From contig JAYRFB010000275.1 in NCBI GenBank assembly GCA_041908585.1, forward strand, positions 1,222-65,221: a stretch of 64,000 bases of DNA, read 5' to 3'. Positions within the stretch are counted from its first letter, which is position 1, and each line of letters starts with the position of its first letter. The DNA comes from Candidatus Krumholzibacteriia bacterium. GTDB taxonomy: Bacteria > Krumholzibacteriota > Krumholzibacteriia > LZORAL124-64-63. The notes under the pieces were generated by a model. It saw only the letters and a list, made by a program, of their open reading frames with translations. It was not told the DNA's origin and searched no databases. This document shows, piece after piece, positions 60,180 through 64,000 of this stretch. The position numbers and the translations under genes are program-made.

Positions 60180-61256
60180 CTAGAAGAAGCGCTTCGCGAC
60201 GCCCAGGATGCCCTGCTTCCAGGGCACGCGATGGGAAACGCCCGAGGCGCCCGTGAACTCGTCGACGTGCGCGAGGTACCACTCGAAATTGCGGACCAGC
60301 GCCTGCCGGTTGGAGTACTGCGGAGCATACCCCAGCACCCGACGTGCCTTGTCGATCGAGACGAAGGAATCCTTGCTCGCGGTCTCGTAGACCCACTTGT
60401 ACAGCGGCGAGATGCCGAGCCTTTCCAGCACGCGCAGCGTCCAGATGAGGGGTTCGGCGGGCATGCCGACGACCTTCTTCCCGTGGCCGGCGTGGTCCAG
60501 CACCGCCTGCCAATCCTGCTTCATCGTCGTGAACTCGCCGGCGCCGATGTTGAAGACGTCGTTGACCACGGCGTCATCCAGGGTGCTGCACAGCCAGATG
60601 GCCTGGCAGAGGTCGGCGATGTCGAGCAGCTGGTAGCGGTTGTTGCCGCTGCCGATCATCGGGAAGCCGCGCCCGTCGCGGGCCCAGTCGTAGAGCAGCG
60701 CGAAGACGCCGAGCCGTTCCGGCCCGATGAAGCTCTTGGGCCGGATGACCGGCACCACCAGGCCGCGCGCCCGGAATTCGGCGCAGACGTTCTCCGCCTC
60801 CACCTTCGCGATGCCGTAGGGGCCGACGCCGTCGAGGCGGTCCGTCTCCAGCAGCGGGTGGTGATCGGGGATGCCGTAGACCGCCGTCGACGAGATATGC
60901 ACGAAGCGGCCGACCCCCGCGCGCTCGGCCGCCTCGAGCAGGCGGCGCGTGCCGTCGATGCCGGTCGTGAGGATGTCCTTCTCCGCGTACAGCGGCAGCG
61001 CCATCGCGCAATGGATGACCAGGTCCACGCCCTGCATCGCCCGCTCGACGGTGGCGGCGTCGCGGATGTCGCCGTCGATCACCTCGATGCGGTCCCGGCA
61101 ATCGAGGTAGGTGAACGGGGCCAGGTCCAGCGAACGCACGGTCACGCCCCGCTCCAGGAGGTACCGGATGAGGTTGATGCCCGTGAAGCCCGCGCCGCCG
61201 GTGACCAGCACCTTCCGCCAGCGCCCCCCGTCCCGAGTCCCGTTGCCAGTCTCCAC
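60180..61256 (-). CDS. NAD-dependent epimerase/dehydratase family protein
   Basis: ..KVLVTGGAGFTGINLIRYLLERG..ISSTAVYG..PYGIAKVEAE.. (YxxxK). The GTG 61256 start is uncertain. An internal GTG at KVLV is possible. Confidence 0.8.
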   Translation of the reverse strand: METGNGTRDGGRWRKVLVTGGAGFTGINLIRYLLERGVTVRSLDLAPFTYLDCRDRIEVIDGDIRDAATVERAMQGVDLVIHCAMALPLYAEKDILTTGIDGTRRLLEAAERAGVGRFVHISSTAVYGIPDHHPLLETDRLDGVGPYGIAKVEAENVCAEFRARGLVVPVIRPKSFIGPERLGVFALLYDWARDGRGFPMIGSGNNRYQLLDIADLCQAIWLCSTLDDAVVNDVFNIGAGEFTTMKQDWQAVLDHAGHGKKVVGMPAEPLIWTLRVLERLGISPLYKWVYETASKDSFVSIDKARRVLGYAPQYSNRQALVRNFEWYLAHVDEFTGASGVSHRVPWKQGILGVAKRFF

Positions 61257-61280
61257 GATTCCCGCTCCCGTCGCCGCGCC

Positions 61281-62477
61281 TCAGCGCGTTTCCTCCAGCA
61301 CCAGCACGCCGGTGAAGATCCGGCCCTCGCGTTCGGCCTTGAAGTCGAGGCGATCGCCGACCTTCGAGTTGTAGATCAGGCGATAGATCGTATCCCGGTT
61401 CTGCAGGCGCAAGCCGCCCATTTCGCGCAGGATGTCGCCGCGGCGCAGTCCGGCCTTGGCCGCCGGCGATCCCGGCGCCACGGCGTAGACCACGGCCCCG
61501 GCCGGGTCGGTGGTGCCGCTCTCACGCATGTTGGCGCCCGACAGCATCTCCAGCGTGAAGCCCACGTTCGGGTCGCGGTAATGGCCGTAGCGGCGGATGT
61601 CGTCGACGACGCGCGCCACGCGCGACGCCGGCACGGCGAAGCCGATGCCGACGCTGCCTCCCGAGCCCGAGAAGATGAACGTGTTGATGCCCACCACCTG
61701 GCCGCGCGTATCCACGAGCGGTCCGCCGCTGTTCCCGGGATTGATGGCCGCATCGGTCTGGATCATGCCCAGGTAGGCGCGCTCGGCGTCCGAGGTCTTG
61801 ATGTCGCGGTTCATCGCGCTGACGACGCCGACCGTCACGGTCGGCTGCGTGTCGGCCAGCAGGTAGCCGAACGGCGACCCGATGGCGATGACCCACTCGC
61901 CGATCTGCAGGTCGTCGCCGTGCGCCAGCCGGGCCACGGGCAGGTCCGGCGCCTCGATGCGCAGCACGGCCAGGTCGTAGAGCGGCACCGCGTCGAGCAC
62001 CGACGCCGTGAACTGCCGCCCGTCCGACAGGTTGACGATGATCTGGATGGCCCCCTCGATGACGTGGAAGTTCGTCACGATGGTGCCGTCGCGATCGACG
62101 ATCACGCCCGAGCCGAGGTTCTGCACCTTTCGGTAGGTCTCGCGGTGCGGGAGCAGCCCCATCCGCTCCCAGAACTCCATGGTCGGGTTCCGCACCGCCT
62201 GGCGCTGCACCACGTTGATGCTCACGACCGCGGGCGCAACGTCGCGCGTTGCGCGCACGATCGCGGTGTTGCGGGCCGCCTCGGGGTCGACGACCTCGGG
62301 CTTCTCGACCGGGATCTCGCGGATCACGACCGTGTCGCGCCCGGCCCGCAGCGTGTCCGCGGCGCCGCCCTGCGGCCAGCGCCACGGCGCGCCGAAGCGC
62401 ACGCCGAGCAGGGCGACCCCCACCAGCGCGCCCAGCAGAAGGCCGGCCAGCACCGGCCACCAGCGCGTGCCGCCCAC
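61281..62477 (-). CDS. HtrA/DegP-like S1C serine protease with one PDZ domain
   Basis: N-terminal TM. Catalytic His ..TNFHVIEG.., Asp ..YDLAVLRIE.., Ser ..GNSGGPLVD.. PDZ ..GSPAAKAGLRRGDIL.. Confidence 0.88.
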   Translation of the reverse strand: MGGTRWWPVLAGLLLGALVGVALLGVRFGAPWRWPQGGAADTLRAGRDTVVIREIPVEKPEVVDPEAARNTAIVRATRDVAPAVVSINVVQRQAVRNPTMEFWERMGLLPHRETYRKVQNLGSGVIVDRDGTIVTNFHVIEGAIQIIVNLSDGRQFTASVLDAVPLYDLAVLRIEAPDLPVARLAHGDDLQIGEWVIAIGSPFGYLLADTQPTVTVGVVSAMNRDIKTSDAERAYLGMIQTDAAINPGNSGGPLVDTRGQVVGINTFIFSGSGGSVGIGFAVPASRVARVVDDIRRYGHYRDPNVGFTLEMLSGANMRESGTTDPAGAVVYAVAPGSPAAKAGLRRGDILREMGGLRLQNRDTIYRLIYNSKVGDRLDFKAEREGRIFTGVLVLEETR

Positions 62478-62478
62478 G

Positions 62479-63132
62479 TCAATTGCCGCCCTGCAGCTTG
62501 CGCCAGTCGGCCAGGAAGGCCGCCAGGCCCTTGTCCGTCAGCGGGTGCGCCACCAGCTTGCGGACGACCTCAGGCGGGATCGTCGCGATGTGCGCGCCCA
62601 GCCGCGCCGAGTCCACGACGTGCAGCGGGTGCCGCACGGAGGCGACGATGATCTCGGTCTCGAAGTCGTAGTTCCCGTAGATCTCGACCAGGTCGCCGAT
62701 CAGCTGCATGCCGTCCTCGCTGACGTCGTCCAGGCGGCCGACGAAGGGCGACACGTAGGCCGCCCCGGCCTTGGCCACGAGCAGCGCCTGGCTGGCCGAG
62801 AAGACCAGCGTGCAGTTGACCGCGATGCCCTCGGCCGCCAGCGCGGCGGTGGCCTTCAGGCCCTCGTAGGTCGTGGGGACCTTGACCACGATGTGGTCGT
62901 CGATCTTCGCCAGCCGGCGCCCCTCGGCGACCATGCCCTCGGCATCGACGGCGATGACCTCGCCGCTGACCGGTCCCTGCACGACGCGGCAGATCTCCTT
63001 GAGCAGCGCGTCGGTGTCGGTGCGGCCGGCCTTCGCCATCAGGCTCGGGTTGGTCGTGACGCCGTCGCACATGCCCATCGCCTTGATCTCGCGGATGGCC
63101 TCGAGGTCGGCCGAATCGATGAAGAACTTCAT
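62479..63132 (-). CDS. fsa: fructose-6-phosphate aldolase / TalC-type transaldolase
   Basis: ATG 63132 (AGGAGC upstream, ATGA overlap with truA). MKFFIDSADLEAIREIKAMGMCDGVTTNPSL..VKVPTTYEGLKA..NCTLVFS..YVSPFVGR.. Confidence 0.9.
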   Translation of the reverse strand: MKFFIDSADLEAIREIKAMGMCDGVTTNPSLMAKAGRTDTDALLKEICRVVQGPVSGEVIAVDAEGMVAEGRRLAKIDDHIVVKVPTTYEGLKATAALAAEGIAVNCTLVFSASQALLVAKAGAAYVSPFVGRLDDVSEDGMQLIGDLVEIYGNYDFETEIIVASVRHPLHVVDSARLGAHIATIPPEVVRKLVAHPLTDKGLAAFLADWRKLQGGN

Positions 63133-63980
63133 GCTCCTGCTCCTTGTTCCGGGGTCGGCGGGCTCCAGTCGGGATCCATCAGCTGCTCGGGGTACGTCAC
63201 TTCCTCCAGGAACAGGCCCTGCGGCGGCGCCATCCCGCCGGCGGCGGCGCGGCTGCGCGCGCCGAGGACGCGCGGGATGTCGCGCGGATCGTGGCGCCCG
63301 CAGCCGATCTCCACGAGCAGGCCCACCAGGTTGCGGACCATGTGGTGGAGGAAGCGGTTCGCCTGCACGTGGAAGACGGCGCGATCGGCCTCCCAGGCCC
63401 AGGCGCAGAGCGTGACGTCGCAGGTGTTGCCGTCGTCCTTCAGCGAGCTGGCCTTGCAGAAGCTCGTGAAGTCGTGCGTGCCCAGGAAGTGCGACGAGGC
63501 CAGGTCCACCGCATCGCGGTCGAGGTCCCGCTCCAGCTGCCAGCACCAGGGCCGGAAGATGTCGCGCCCCAGCAGCAGGTGGTAGCTGTACCGTCGCGAT
63601 GTCGCCGACAGGCGCGCGTTGAAGGCCGGCGAGACGCGGCGGATGCCGGTGATCGCGATATCCCCCGGCACCATCCCGGGCAGCGCGCGGATGAGCCGGT
63701 CGCACTCGGCCTGCGTCCGCAGTGCGATATGCGCGACCTGGCCGCGCGCGTGGACACCCGTGTCGGTGCGGCCGGCCCCGACGGGCGTCACGGGCCGGTC
63801 GAGGACCCGGCTGACCAGGTTGCGCAGCTCGCCCTGCACCGTGCGCGCATCGGCCTGGATCTGCCAGCCCTGGAAGTCGCGCCCGACGTAGGCCAGGTCC
63901 ACGCGCAGGCGGAAGTCCTCGCGATCGGCCTCCCGCCTTGATGCGACCTCGTGGCATTCCTCCCAGAAGTCCTGCGCCAC
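63129..63980 (-). CDS. truA: tRNA pseudouridine(38-40) synthase TruA
   Basis: ..FRLRVDLAYVGRDFQGWQIQ..GAGRTDTGVHARGQVAH..HDFTSF..FLHHMVRNLVG.. The GTG 63980 start is uncertain. Confidence 0.88.
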   Translation of the reverse strand: MAQDFWEECHEVASRREADREDFRLRVDLAYVGRDFQGWQIQADARTVQGELRNLVSRVLDRPVTPVGAGRTDTGVHARGQVAHIALRTQAECDRLIRALPGMVPGDIAITGIRRVSPAFNARLSATSRRYSYHLLLGRDIFRPWCWQLERDLDRDAVDLASSHFLGTHDFTSFCKASSLKDDGNTCDVTLCAWAWEADRAVFHVQANRFLHHMVRNLVGLLVEIGCGRHDPRDIPRVLGARSRAAAGGMAPPQGLFLEEVTYPEQLMDPDWSPPTPEQGAGA

Positions 63981-64000
63981 CTAGCGCCCTCCCCGCAGCA

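Overview
The window is a very GC-rich bacterial chromosomal segment (roughly 70% GC by eye, not computed). It is densely packed with core-genome genes. I saw no transposase, integrase, phage, CRISPR array or recognisable defence cassette.

Most long ORFs in the track are Arg/Ala/Pro/Gly-rich GC artefacts lying antisense to, or out of frame with, the real genes. I support about 57 protein genes, 5 tRNAs, and several sigma70-type promoters and intrinsic terminators read directly from the sequence.

**Main content, in order:**
- S55 peptidase and a secreted repeat protein.
- tRNA-Arg, tRNA-Ser and tRNA-Ser.
- asmA and mnmA, then a TonB-ExbB-ExbD, lipoprotein, beta-barrel and TPR-lipoprotein envelope cluster.
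- murB.
- A 929-aa FG-GAP protein with a T9SS-type C-terminal domain.
- A 56-aa histone-fold protein.
- tRNA-Glu.
- An ECF sigma / anti-sigma / bactofilin-like membrane protein module, next to an HExxH protease with the same C-terminal domain.
- eno and ftsB, followed by tRNA-fMet.
- A two-component system.
- An Rrf2-STAS-PrsW operon.
- A FadL-type porin with an SGNH lipoprotein.
- A rhomboid protease, a methyltransferase and a GT2 glycosyltransferase.
- rng with a radical-SAM fusion gene.
- A purine block: a purL-purQ fusion, a tandem PurS-like gene, purF and purB. An orphan tetraheme cytochrome c3 gene interrupts it.
- MATE and EamA transporters.
- A cytoplasmic chemoreceptor with a CZB domain.
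- Heptose/epimerase genes, htrA, fsa and truA.

The T9SS-type C-terminal domains suggest, as inference only, an FCB-superphylum-related lineage, although the promoters are classical TTGACA/TAnnnT.

**Best leads for follow-up:**
- The bacterial histone-fold gene.
- The non-canonical Tol-like envelope cluster.
- The Rrf2-STAS-PrsW operon with a palindromic operator.
- The split and permuted FGAM-synthase arrangement.
- Two unrelated 19-nt tandem repeat arrays associated with tRNA genes.

None of these could be verified by database search here.
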